Shown one piece after another: positions 20,073 to 29,379 of a DNA stretch of 64,000 nt. The DNA is taken from contig CAXAXQ010000016.1 in NCBI GenBank assembly GCA_963972905.1, positions 20,446 to 84,445 on the forward strand, in the 5' to 3' direction. Positions within the stretch are counted from its first letter, which is position 1. The number at the start of each line of letters is the position of its first letter. A model generated the notes under the pieces. It did no database searches. It had not been told where the DNA came from and saw only the letters and a list, made by a program, of their open reading frames with translations. The stretch comes from an uncultured Erythrobacteraceae bacterium (GTDB lineage: Bacteria > Pseudomonadota > Alphaproteobacteria > Sphingomonadales > Sphingomonadaceae). The translations under genes and the position numbers were made by a program.

Positions 20073-20387
20073 CTACCCCTTCTTCCGCTTCTTCCGCGCG
20101 GCGTACTTGGCGTCGCGGGCGGCTTTGAGTTCGGCTTCGGTGGGCTCGGGCACGTTGGCGGCGGCTTGCTTTTCTTCCTTTTCGGCCTTGGCCTGCGCGA
20201 TGGCGGCCTTGCGGGCGGCGCTCTTTTCGGCGGCGGCGGCGTCGCGCTCTTCCTGCTTGGCCTTGCGCCGGGCGACCTCTTCGGGGTCCATCGGCTTCTT
20301 CGCGGCCAGCTTCTTCAGCGCCTTGTCGCGGCGCTCTTGCGCCTGCGCGGCGCGTTCCTCGAACGTGGGTACTTTAAAACCTGCCAT
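20073..20387 (-). CDS. small Lys/Ala/Glu-rich conserved hypothetical protein
   Basis: 104 aa, MAGFKVPTFEERAAQAQERRDKALKKL...ARDAKYAARKKRKKG. GC-rich codon usage like the host. From memory it resembles a small alphaproteobacterial DUF family. Confidence 0.6.
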   Translation of the reverse strand: MAGFKVPTFEERAAQAQERRDKALKKLAAKKPMDPEEVARRKAKQEERDAAAAEKSAARKAAIAQAKAEKEEKQAAANVPEPTEAELKAARDAKYAARKKRKKG

Positions 20388-20471
20388 AGCGGGTGTCTTT
20401 TTCCTTCATTGGGCCGGCGGTGCCGGCATTGGTTGGCGCGAATAAGGGAGTGCGCGGGGTCGGGCAGGCGG

Positions 20472-20532
20472 GTGCCTACTCCTCCCCCATCCGCAGCGCG
20501 GCGATGAAAGCTTCCTGCGGAATGCTCACATT
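20472..20532. repeat. lepA 3' end copy of the 61-bp direct repeat
   Basis: Partner of 19931-19991; contains the authentic lepA stop (20476-20478). Confidence 0.9.
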
Positions 20533-22311
20533 ACCATATTCGCGCATCCGGGCCTTGCCCTTTTTCTGCTTGTCGAGCAGCTTCTTCTTGCGGCTGATGT
20601 CGCCGCCGTAGCATTTGGCGGTCACGTCCTTGCGCAACGCGGCGATGGTCTCGCGCGCGATCACCTTGCCGCCGATCGCGGCCTGGATCGGGATCTTGAA
20701 CAGGTGGCGCGGGATCAGGTCCTTCAAACGCTCGCACATGCCGCGGCCGCGTTCCTCCGCCACGCCCCGGTGGACGATCAGCGATAGGGCATCGACCGGC
20801 TCGTTGTTGACGAGGATGTTCATCTTCACGAGGTCGCCTTCGCGCAGGCCGATCTGCTCGTAATCGAAGGAGGCATAGCCGCGGCTGATGCTCTTCAGGC
20901 GATCGTAGAAGTCGAACACCACCTCGTTCAGCGGCAGCTCGTAGGTCACCTGCGCGCGCCCGCCGACATAGGTCAGGTTGGTCTGGATGCCGCGCCGGTC
21001 CTGACACAGTTTGAGGATCGAGCCGAGATATTCGTCGGGGGTGTAGATCACCGCCTTGATCCACGGTTCCTCGATCACCTCGATCCGGTTGGGGTCGGGA
21101 TAGTCGGCAGGATTGTGCAGCTCGATCACCTTGGCATCCTCGGTCTTCGAATGGCCGAGGTGGATGCGGTAGACGACCGATGGCGCGGTGGTGATCAGGT
21201 CGAGGTCGTATTCGCGGCTGAGCCGCTCCTGAATGATCTCGAGGTGCAGCAGGCCGAGGAACCCGCAGCGAAAGCCGAAGCCCAGCGCGGCGGAGCTTTC
21301 GGTCTCGAAGGTGAAGCTTGCATCGTTGAGGCGCAGACGGGCGATCGATTCGCGCAGCTTGTCGAAATCGGCGGCGTCGACGGGGAACAGCCCGCAGAAC
21401 ACCACCGGCTGCGGCTCGCGATAGCCGGGCAGCGCCTTGGTGGCGCCGTTCTTGACCGTGGTGATGGTGTCGCCGACGCGGGCCTGCTCCACCTCCTTGA
21501 TCTGCGCGGTGATGAAGCCGATCTCGCCCGGGCCGATCTCGGCGAGGTCGATGCGCTTGGGGGTGAAGGCGCCAACGCGGTCGATCAGGTGCTGGGTGCC
21601 GCCCTGCATGAACCTGACGCTGAGGCCCTTCTTGAGGACGCCGTCGATCACGCGCACGAGGATGACGACGCCTAGATACGGGTCGTACCAGGAATCGACG
21701 AGGCTGGCGGTCAGCGGCTGGTCGCGGTCGCCCTTGGGAGGCGGGATGCGCTTGACGATCGCCTCCAGCACATCCTCCACCCCGATGCCCGATTTTGCGG
21801 AGGTGAGCACCGCGCCGCCGGTCTGCCACGTGCCGGTGGCCTGGATGCCGACGATCTCCTCGATCTCCTCCGCCACCCGCTCGGGCTCGGCCGCGGGCAG
21901 GTCGATCTTGTTGATGACGGGCAGGATTTCGTGGTCGTGCTCGATCGACTGATAGACATTGGCGAGGGTCTGCGCCTCCACGCCTTGTGCCGCGTCAACC
22001 ACCAGCAGCGCGCCCTCGCACGCAGCGAGGCTGCGGCTGACTTCGTAGGCGAAGTCGACGTGGCCGGGGGTGTCCATCAGGTTGAGCTGGTAGGTCTCGC
22101 CGTCGCTGGCGGTGTAGTTGAGGCGCACGGTCTGCGCCTTGATGGTGATGCCACGCTCACGCTCGATATCCATGTTGTCGAGCAGCTGTTCGCTCATCTC
22201 GCGCTCGGTCAGGCCGCCGGTGAGCTGGATCAGCCGGTCGGCGAGCGTGGACTTGCCGTGATCGATATGGGCGATGATGCTGAAATTGCGGATTCTTGAA
22301 AGGTCGGTCAT
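20476..22311 (-). CDS. lepA: translation elongation factor 4
   Basis: 611 aa. G1 motif [26 protein letters not shown], and the LepA-specific C-terminal domain. Confidence 0.96.
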   Translation of the reverse strand: MTDLSRIRNFSIIAHIDHGKSTLADRLIQLTGGLTEREMSEQLLDNMDIERERGITIKAQTVRLNYTASDGETYQLNLMDTPGHVDFAYEVSRSLAACEGALLVVDAAQGVEAQTLANVYQSIEHDHEILPVINKIDLPAAEPERVAEEIEEIVGIQATGTWQTGGAVLTSAKSGIGVEDVLEAIVKRIPPPKGDRDQPLTASLVDSWYDPYLGVVILVRVIDGVLKKGLSVRFMQGGTQHLIDRVGAFTPKRIDLAEIGPGEIGFITAQIKEVEQARVGDTITTVKNGATKALPGYREPQPVVFCGLFPVDAADFDKLRESIARLRLNDASFTFETESSAALGFGFRCGFLGLLHLEIIQERLSREYDLDLITTAPSVVYRIHLGHSKTEDAKVIELHNPADYPDPNRIEVIEEPWIKAVIYTPDEYLGSILKLCQDRRGIQTNLTYVGGRAQVTYELPLNEVVFDFYDRLKSISRGYASFDYEQIGLREGDLVKMNILVNNEPVDALSLIVHRGVAEERGRGMCERLKDLIPRHLFKIPIQAAIGGKVIARETIAALRKDVTAKCYGGDISRKKKLLDKQKKGKARMREYGNVSIPQEAFIAALRMGEE

Positions 22312-22408
22312 TACCGCGCCGCATTATACGGGGGCGGCGCACCTGTCAGCATGTTTGACGGGGATGGACGACTTGTCCTGTGTAGGACAGCGTTAATTGC
22401 GTTCGAGC

Positions 22409-25096
22409 TCAGGCCGAACGCCGCTGCTCGCGCCGGATGGAGCCGTCCGCCTCCGGGGTCGGCAGGTCGAAGTGGCCGCGCTGGTCGCGCCGCAGCCGCT
22501 GCGCGAAGCGCACGCCGATGCGGTTCTCTGCGCACCAGCGCACCTCCGCATCAACCGCCAGCCGTTCGCTCAGCGCGACACGAAAGACGGTCCCCTCGGG
22601 CACATTCCACAGGCCTTCGATCAGCGCGCCGTGCGAACAGATGTTGCGGATCGTGCCATTATAGAAGTCATCGTCGTGTTGCAGCACCACCCGGCGAAGC
22701 ATCGCCTGGCGCGGCTCGCGCGCGGCACGCGGCCCGTTGGGTCTGGCCTTGAGCCCTTCTTCCAGCCGTGCATCGGCCTCTGCGGTGGAGAGCGGCTTGG
22801 AATAGATATAGCCCTGGATGTGGCTGCACCCGTGCATCCGGATCAGCTCCAGCTCGTCGAGCGTCTCGACCCCTTCGGCGGTGGTGTCCATCCCCAGCGC
22901 ATTGGCGAGGCTGGAGATCGCCGCGATGATCGCACCATTGCGGCTGCCCGGCATGGTCGCCCCGCGCACGAAGCCCTGATCGATCTTGATCTTGTCGAAC
23001 GGTGCGTTTTTCAAATAGCCGAGCGAGGAATAGCCGGTCCCGAAATCGTCGAGCGCCAGCCGCACGCCGACCGCCTTGAGCGCGGCGAAGGTAGCATCCG
23101 TGCTCTCGCTGTCGTCCAGAAACACGCTCTCTGTGATTTCAAGCTCCAGCCGCGAAGGCGAGATGCCTGCCTTGACGATGGCATCGGCGATAACCCCGGG
23201 CAGCGCCGGGTCGGCGAACTGCAGCGGTGACACGTTGACCGCACAGCGCACCGAATTCGGCCAGCGGGTCAGATCGTGGCACGCCTGCCGGATTGCCCAT
23301 TCGCCCATCGCGACGATCAGCCCCGCATCTTCGGCCACGGGGACGAATTTTTCCGGGCTTATCCAGCCCTGCTTGGGGTGGTTCCAGCGCATCAGCGCCT
23401 CGAACCCGCTGATCTCTTCGGTCGCGGTGTTGACGACCGGTTGATAGTGCAATTGGAGGCCGCCGGTATCGATCGCCAGCCGCAGTTCTTCTTCCAGCTG
23501 ATTTCGTTCGCGTGCGGCGACGTGGAGATCGTCGGAGAACACGCGATAGCGCCCGCGGCCTGCGTCTTTCGCGGCGTACAGTGCAAGGTCAGCGCTACGA
23601 ACCAACCGCTCGCTGGTGCTACCATGCTCGGGCGCGATCGCAATTCCGACCGACGCACCGATGACCGCACGATTGCCGTCGATCGAATAGGGCTGCGAGA
23701 GCGAGTGGATGATATCGTCGCCCAGCCGTTCGAGGCGCGCCGTCTCGCAGCGCTTTGGAATCAGGACCTGGAACTCGTCGCCGCCGATCCGGCCGACCGT
23801 GCCGAGATCGCCGATCACCTTCTCCAGCCGCCGCGCGACCTGGTTGAGCAGGGCATCGCCTGTTGGATGGCCGAAGGTGTCGTTGACATGCTTGAACCTG
23901 TCGAGGTCGAGCATCAGGATCGAGCAGGCCCGCTGGGCCGGATTGCGGTGGGTCAGCAGCTTGGACAGCGCCTGGCTGAGCGCGTGACGGTTGGCGAGAC
24001 CGGTCAGCGAATCGTACAGAGCCAGGCGAGAGGCATGTTCGGCGCTGCGCCGACGCTCGGTCAGATCGGTGCCCGAGCCACGGAAGCCGCAGAAGTTTTC
24101 GAACGAATCGAAGATCGGACGTCCGTTGACCGACCACCACACCGTGCCGTCGCCAGCACGCCCCTCACCCCTGACCGGCAGTTCGTGGAACGGGGAGTGG
24201 GCGGTGAAGTGGAACTTGATCGTGCGTTCGGCGTCGCGATCATTGGGATCGACTTCGAACACGCTGGTAAACACCTTGCCCAGCAGATCATCGTGATCGA
24301 AGTCGTAACGCTCGGCAAAGACTTCGGAGATGTAGACGATCCGCCCATGCTTGTCGGTTTCCCAGAACCAACCCTGGCCGGTCGCCTCGTAATCGCGCAG
24401 GATGTCGATCGAGCGGTTGCGGCTGCGCTCTTCAGCCTGCCGCTCTTCCTCGCTGCGCCGGTCGTAGCGTTCCTGGAACAGCGCGATGCCCACCGCGGCA
24501 AGGATCGCGATCGGAAGCGCGACCACCGCCATGTTATCGCCATCGACGATCGAATGAAGCGCGATCGGCAGCCACAGCCCGATCTTGACGAACAGCATCG
24601 GAAATGGGCGCCCCGCCAGGAAAACCGCCGCCATGCTTCCTGCAAGGATCAGCGTGGCCGCGCCGAAACCCAGCGGCAGCCCTCCGTGGAGCATCCACTC
24701 GGCATAGGCATAGCCGACCAGCAGGTGCGGGATCAGCCCGAAGGCGGTGGTCACCGACAGGCGGCGGACCGTACCCGTGTCACGCACGAGCCGGGACAAG
24801 GAAAACAGCAGCGCCGATAGAAGCAACGCGACGAGCGAGGTGATCGGTGGATAGGATTGCGCAATCAATCCATTGGCCAGCGCGCTCAGCAGGGCCATGG
24901 CGCCCAGCAGCGGCCATTGCGATGGCAATGCCGGCGCGTCCTCGCTCAGGCTAAGCCCGCGTGCGCGCGCGAAAGCATCGGCTTCGCTGCTTTTGGTGGG
25001 CAAGCCGCTACGACGGCGTTCGCTCGCGGTCGCGTCGCCTTCAGGCGATCGCACCGTTGCTAATGCCCGTCTTTTCGTCCGCGTGCCGTCCTGCAT
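22409..25096 (-). CDS. membrane sensor with PAS-GGDEF-EAL and a C-terminal PilZ-like domain
   Basis: N-terminal TM block, PAS-like segment, GGDEF (RIGGDEFQVLI), EAL (EALMRWNHP..DDFGTGYSSL), then a ~100-aa tail (RRVVLQHDDDFYNGTIRNICSHGALIEG..VRWCAENRIGVRF) resembling PilZ. Confidence 0.85.
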   Translation of the reverse strand: MQDGTRTKRRALATVRSPEGDATASERRRSGLPTKSSEADAFARARGLSLSEDAPALPSQWPLLGAMALLSALANGLIAQSYPPITSLVALLLSALLFSLSRLVRDTGTVRRLSVTTAFGLIPHLLVGYAYAEWMLHGGLPLGFGAATLILAGSMAAVFLAGRPFPMLFVKIGLWLPIALHSIVDGDNMAVVALPIAILAAVGIALFQERYDRRSEEERQAEERSRNRSIDILRDYEATGQGWFWETDKHGRIVYISEVFAERYDFDHDDLLGKVFTSVFEVDPNDRDAERTIKFHFTAHSPFHELPVRGEGRAGDGTVWWSVNGRPIFDSFENFCGFRGSGTDLTERRRSAEHASRLALYDSLTGLANRHALSQALSKLLTHRNPAQRACSILMLDLDRFKHVNDTFGHPTGDALLNQVARRLEKVIGDLGTVGRIGGDEFQVLIPKRCETARLERLGDDIIHSLSQPYSIDGNRAVIGASVGIAIAPEHGSTSERLVRSADLALYAAKDAGRGRYRVFSDDLHVAARERNQLEEELRLAIDTGGLQLHYQPVVNTATEEISGFEALMRWNHPKQGWISPEKFVPVAEDAGLIVAMGEWAIRQACHDLTRWPNSVRCAVNVSPLQFADPALPGVIADAIVKAGISPSRLELEITESVFLDDSESTDATFAALKAVGVRLALDDFGTGYSSLGYLKNAPFDKIKIDQGFVRGATMPGSRNGAIIAAISSLANALGMDTTAEGVETLDELELIRMHGCSHIQGYIYSKPLSTAEADARLEEGLKARPNGPRAAREPRQAMLRRVVLQHDDDFYNGTIRNICSHGALIEGLWNVPEGTVFRVALSERLAVDAEVRWCAENRIGVRFAQRLRRDQRGHFDLPTPEADGSIRREQRRSA

Positions 25097-25332
25097 CCTA
25101 AATCCTATGCCTGAAAGCAGCTGGAGAAGGATTAACCATCAGGGTTAGGAAGAGGTTAAAGCCGATTACACCGACCCACGAATGGGCATCAGGCGACGCG
25201 TTATTGTGTTGCGTCGCAGCAAGCGCCATCACTGCACTTCCGTCCGGAAAAACGCAGTCTGAACAGACTACCCGTTCTGCTGGAATGCCACTCAGCTTTC
25301 GGTTTTTTGGTTTACTTTTAAGGCTTTGAAGA

Positions 25333-26235
25333 ATGATGCGCTTTAAAGACATGGACCTGCGCCTGCCCGGCTGGAGCCTGTTCGGCAGCACCGCGGGTAG
25401 TCAGTCACGCAAACACCCACGTGGCGAGCCGGGCGGCCCGCTGAGCGCGAAGGTCTCCTTAGAGACGGTCGACGGAATGGAGCTGCGGGTCGCGCGCTGG
25501 CGGCTCGACACCCCTTGCGCGCACCCCCCGCTGCTGTTCTTCAACGGGATCGGCGCGAACATCGAAGCGGTCGCTCCGCTGGCGGAAACGCTCACCGACC
25601 GGGGCTTCATCATGTTCGACATGCCAGGGACAGGGGAATCGCCCGATCCGGTGCTGCCCTACAATCCGTTTACCATGAGTTCGACCGCCGCGAGCGTGCT
25701 CGACAGCTTCGGGCTTGAAGCGGTCGATGTCATGGGGATGAGCTGGGGCGGCGCGATCGCGCAACAGTTTGCCCTGCAATACGCCAGCCGAGTGCGGCGC
25801 GTGGTGCTCGCCGCGACCTCTCCGGGAATGCTGATGATCCCGGGCGACCCGGCGATGCTGTTGCAGATGGCAGATCCCTTCTCGGGCCTTAACGCCATGC
25901 TGCGCAACGAATACCTGCTGGCGCTGGAGAATGCCGACGAGACCAGGCGCGCGCGCCATTCGATCGGCAATATCACTGCGCCCAGCAGCACGGGCTATTT
26001 CTACCAGCTGATGGCGCTGACCGGGTGGACCTCGCTCCCCGCCCTACCCTTCCTCGACAAGCCGGTGCTGGTGATGATGGGAGAGAACGATCCCATCGTG
26101 CCGCTAGCCAACGGCAGGTTGCTGGCAGGTGCGATTCCCGATGCAAGGCTGGAAGTGTTCGAGGGCGCAGGCCACCTGTTCCTGATGACCCAGCCGGAGC
26201 GGGCGATCGGCCTGCTGCGAGAGTTTCTGGGTTAA
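25333..26235 (+). CDS. phaZ: PhaZ-type poly(3-hydroxyalkanoate) depolymerase family alpha/beta hydrolase
   Basis: Blocks LLFFNGIGANIEAVAPL, GMSWGGAIAQQFALQYASRVRRVVLAATSPG and GYFYQLMALTGWTS..NDPIVPLANGRLLA..GHLFLMT closely parallel Pseudomonas PhaZ as I recall it. The start among several Met codons is uncertain. Confidence 0.75.
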   Translation: MMRFKDMDLRLPGWSLFGSTAGSQSRKHPRGEPGGPLSAKVSLETVDGMELRVARWRLDTPCAHPPLLFFNGIGANIEAVAPLAETLTDRGFIMFDMPGTGESPDPVLPYNPFTMSSTAASVLDSFGLEAVDVMGMSWGGAIAQQFALQYASRVRRVVLAATSPGMLMIPGDPAMLLQMADPFSGLNAMLRNEYLLALENADETRRARHSIGNITAPSSTGYFYQLMALTGWTSLPALPFLDKPVLVMMGENDPIVPLANGRLLAGAIPDARLEVFEGAGHLFLMTQPERAIGLLREFLG

Positions 26236-26287
26236 CGGGAAAGATCGACGCAGCTGCGCGATGGCCAGCGGTCAGACGCGCCAGAGA

Positions 26288-26659
26288 TTAGTCGCCCGAA
26301 AGCGCCTTGCCAGCCGCGATCATGGCTTTGCTCATCTGGTCGGACTCCGCCACACAGCGGGCCTGGATGGAATCATGGTTCTCCATGACCTCGGCCGCGA
26401 GCTCTTCGGTCATGATCGACTGCAGGCTGTCGACACCCTTGATCACCGACAGCTTGCCAGAAAAATACCCGACAAGCGCATAGAGGCCATTCGCGGTGTT
26501 ATCGTCGCGATTTTCGGCTTCCTCATACTGCCCGAGCGCTGCGGAAAATATCATCAGGCACTGCGCATCGCTGCGCTCGGATGCCACAGCCTGCGCAGGC
26601 AGCAAGGCCGTTGCGAGCGCCGATGCCGCGATGGCGAGGACAGGTTTACGAAATGCCAT
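26288..26659 (-). CDS. exported hypothetical protein
   Basis: Internal Met start MAFRKPVLAIAASALATALLPAQAVA, a signal peptide. No family recognised. Confidence 0.5.
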   Translation of the reverse strand: MAFRKPVLAIAASALATALLPAQAVASERSDAQCLMIFSAALGQYEEAENRDDNTANGLYALVGYFSGKLSVIKGVDSLQSIMTEELAAEVMENHDSIQARCVAESDQMSKAMIAAGKALSGD

Positions 26660-26685
26660 AATGATCTTGCTCTCCACTTGATTCC

Positions 26686-27210
26686 TCACCCGGCCACACC
26701 CCGGCGCCGTTCGTCTTCCTCGATCACGCGCAGCGCAGTACGAAACTCAAGCACCATCGCACAATGATCAGGCGGCACGGCGTTGGCATACCAGACGGCA
26801 TACCGCCGCTCCGGAATCGAGGAAAGCGCGGTCTCGAACGGCGCGCGCGCCGCCTCGGCGGCCCCGCGCCCGGCGTCCAGATCCACACCCAGCGGTGCCG
26901 ACGCCCTCATCCTCGCGAACTCGTCGCGCATGTTGCTTTCCAGCTTGGTCGACGTTTCGTTGTCCAGCTGGGAATAGCCGGGAAGGGCCTTCAGGCTTTC
27001 ACGCAGGTCCGCCACGCCGAGCATCAGCTCGATGCACCGCTCCGAATCCTCGTACACCGTCTGGCTCATCCTCGAGGTGAGGCAGCGAACCGCGTCGGGG
27101 TTCTGGTCCACGTTTTCGCTGGTGGTCGCGGCGACAATCGCCGGGCAATCGTCGGAACCGACCGGAGTAGCTGCGGACAGCAGGAACAGAGCGAGGAAGC
27201 CGGGTGGCAT
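26686..27210 (-). CDS. exported hypothetical protein
   Basis: MPPGFLALFLLSAATPVGS is signal-like. Co-oriented downstream of dnaN. No family recognised. Confidence 0.5.
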   Translation of the reverse strand: MPPGFLALFLLSAATPVGSDDCPAIVAATTSENVDQNPDAVRCLTSRMSQTVYEDSERCIELMLGVADLRESLKALPGYSQLDNETSTKLESNMRDEFARMRASAPLGVDLDAGRGAAEAARAPFETALSSIPERRYAVWYANAVPPDHCAMVLEFRTALRVIEEDERRRGVAG

Positions 27211-27282
27211 GGCGAAATTCCTTTCGCCAGCGAACCTAGCCCCGGCACACTGGCCGGAGCCAGTGACAAGCGCGGTTAGGTT

Positions 27283-28410
27283 TTAAACCCGCATCGGCAT
27301 CAGGACGTACAGCGCCGGGCTGTTCTCGTCCCGCCGGATCAGCGTGGGGGCGCCCGCATCGGCGAGGTGGAGCTCCACCATATCGCTGTCGATCTGGCCG
27401 AGGATGTCCTTGAGATAATTGGCGTTGAAGCCGATCTCGAACCCTTCGGACTTGTACTCGGCGGCGATCTCTTCGGCGGCAGTGCCGTTGTCGGGACTGG
27501 TGACCGACAAGGTTACCTTGTCCTCGTCCAGCCCCATCTTGACTGCGCGGGTCTTCTCGGTGGCGATGGTCGCGACACGGTCGACGCCTTGGAAGAAAGC
27601 CTTGGGATCGAGCCTAAGGAGCTTGTCGTTGCCGGTCGGGATCACCCGGCTGTAGTCCGGGAAGGTACCGTCGATCAGCTTGCTGGTCAGGACTACCCCG
27701 CCCTCGCCGCCCATCGCGAAGCGGATCTTGCTCGCGGAAAGATCGATCTGGACGTTGGAATCGAGTGCTTCGTCCAGCAGCTTGCGAAGTTCGCCGACCG
27801 CTTTGCGCGGCACGATGACGTCGGGCATGCCCTCCGCCCCATCGGGCCGGTCGAGCGTGTAGCGCGCCAGCCGGTGGCCGTCGGTCGCCGCCGCCTTCAG
27901 TACCGGACGCGCCTCGTCCGAGACGTGGAGGAAAATCCCGTTGAGGTAATAGCGCGTTTCCTCGGTGCTGATCGCGAAGCGGGTGCGGTCGATCAGTTCG
28001 GCCAGCTCGCGGGCGGGCAGCTCGAAACTGGTCGGCAACTCGCCCTCGACGATCACCGGAAAGTCGTCGCGCGGCAAGGTGGGCAGCTGGAAACGGCTGC
28101 GCCCGGCCTTGACGACCATGCGGTTGTCGGCGGTTTCCAGGCTGACCTGGCTGCCATCGGGCAGCTTGCGCGCGATGTCGAACAGCAGGTGAGCGGAAAC
28201 GGTGATCGCACCGGCGCCCTCTACACTCGCGGCGGTCATCGTTTCGACCACCTGCAGGTCGAGGTCGGTCGCCATTACCTTCACCCCGCCGCCAGCGTCG
28301 GCGTCGATCAGCACGTTGCTGAGGATCGGGATGGTGTTGCGGCGCTCCACCACGGACTGCACGTGGGACAGGCAGCGGAGCAGCGTAGCGCGTTCGATGG
28401 TGGCCTTCAT
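27283..28410 (-). CDS. dnaN: DNA polymerase III beta sliding clamp
   Basis: Internal ATG at 28410 gives MKATIERATLLRCLSHVQSVVERRNTIPILSNVLI.., about 375 aa, ending ..LYVLMPMRV. Confidence 0.93.
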   Translation of the reverse strand: MKATIERATLLRCLSHVQSVVERRNTIPILSNVLIDADAGGGVKVMATDLDLQVVETMTAASVEGAGAITVSAHLLFDIARKLPDGSQVSLETADNRMVVKAGRSRFQLPTLPRDDFPVIVEGELPTSFELPARELAELIDRTRFAISTEETRYYLNGIFLHVSDEARPVLKAAATDGHRLARYTLDRPDGAEGMPDVIVPRKAVGELRKLLDEALDSNVQIDLSASKIRFAMGGEGGVVLTSKLIDGTFPDYSRVIPTGNDKLLRLDPKAFFQGVDRVATIATEKTRAVKMGLDEDKVTLSVTSPDNGTAAEEIAAEYKSEGFEIGFNANYLKDILGQIDSDMVELHLADAGAPTLIRRDENSPALYVLMPMRV

Positions 28411-28486
28411 CGGTCCTTCTCTCGTCTCATAAGCGCTTGGAATGCGGCGCGACTCCCCCTCGAGTCTGCCTGTGCGCGAGAAAATC

Positions 28487-28561
28487 TTATCCGGTTTCCT
28501 TATCGCGCCTGCACTTAGGGGCAAGCAGCAAGCGCGAGTCCACCCGGATTGCTGGGGATAA
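28487..28561. promoter_or_regulatory. DnaA-box-like motifs upstream of dnaN
   Basis: TTATCCGGT (28487-28495), TTATCGCGC (28500-28508) and TGGGGATAA (28553-28561). The last is the reverse complement of TTATCCCCA, 8/9 to TTATCCACA. All lie 75-150 nt upstream of the dnaN start. Confidence 0.3.
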
Positions 28562-28626
28562 GGGGTTGAGGGCGGTTAGGCTAGCCGTTGGTGTTGCCGA
28601 TGCGCGCCAGTCCCGCCCCGCAACAC

Positions 28627-29379
28627 CTAGCCGAGCATCGCCATCCCGCCATTGACGTGCAGAGTCTGGCCGGTGACGTAAGCCGCCTCGTCGCTGGCGA
28701 GGTAGGCGACGGCCGAACCGATCTCGTCACCCTCGCCCATCCGGCCTGCCGGAATGCGCGCTTCGATGGCCGCCTTCTGCTTGTCCTCCAGCGCATCGGT
28801 CATTGCGGTGCGGATGAACCCGGGGGCGACGCAGTTGACCGTGATCCCCCGGCTTGCGAGCTCCTGCGCCAGGCTCTTCGACATGCCCGTCAGGCCTGCC
28901 TTGGCCGCAGTATAGTTCATCTGCCCGGGATTGCCCGTCGCACCCACGACGCTGGTGATCGAGATGATCCGGCCATGCCGCGCCTTCATCATCGGGCGTG
29001 CGGCGGCGCGCATCAGGCGGAACGCGGCTTCCAGATTGATCCGGATCACCTGGTCCCACTCTTCATCCTTCATCCGCATGGCGAGGTTGTCGCGCGTGAT
29101 ACCGGCATTATTCACCAGGATGTCGACCTTGCCGAGCGTGTCGATCGTCGCGGGGATCAGTTCTTCGACACTGGTCGGGTTGGAGAGGTCGCAAGTGATC
29201 TCGACATGATCGCCGCCGATCTCGTCCTGCAGCTGCTCGCGAAAGGCGCGCAACTTGCCACCATTGGAGCCGGACAGCGCGATCCGTGCGCCCTGCGCGG
29301 CAAGCGCCTTGGCGATCGACGACCCGATCCCGCCGCTCGCGCCCGTGACCAGCGCGGTTTTTCCTTCGAGTGAGAACAT
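28627..29379 (-). CDS. fabG: 3-oxoacyl-ACP reductase
   Basis: TGASGGIGSSIA Rossmann motif, NNAG and YTAAKAG (YxxxK). 250 aa. Confidence 0.92.
   Translation of the reverse strand: MFSLEGKTALVTGASGGIGSSIAKALAAQGARIALSGSNGGKLRAFREQLQDEIGGDHVEITCDLSNPTSVEELIPATIDTLGKVDILVNNAGITRDNLAMRMKDEEWDQVIRINLEAAFRLMRAAARPMMKARHGRIISITSVVGATGNPGQMNYTAAKAGLTGMSKSLAQELASRGITVNCVAPGFIRTAMTDALEDKQKAAIEARIPAGRMGEGDEIGSAVAYLASDEAAYVTGQTLHVNGGMAMLG

Noticed and set aside
19963-20445. 160-aa plus-strand ORF across the 104-aa gene
   Set aside because: It is antisense to the charged small protein and reads as an Ala/Ser/Phe low-complexity mirror translation of the Lys/Ala/Glu-rich gene.
17207-20532. Calling the region a prophage, ICE or transposon
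   Set aside because: No integrase, transposase, terminal inverted repeats or phage structural genes are visible. Only compositional foreignness and the lepA-end duplicate support mobility, so it is reported as an islet with an att-like scar.
28411-28626. Expected acpP downstream of fabD-fabG
   Set aside because: No ORF of ACP size or with a DSLD-type motif exists in the 216-bp gap. The next gene is dnaN, so acpP must lie elsewhere.
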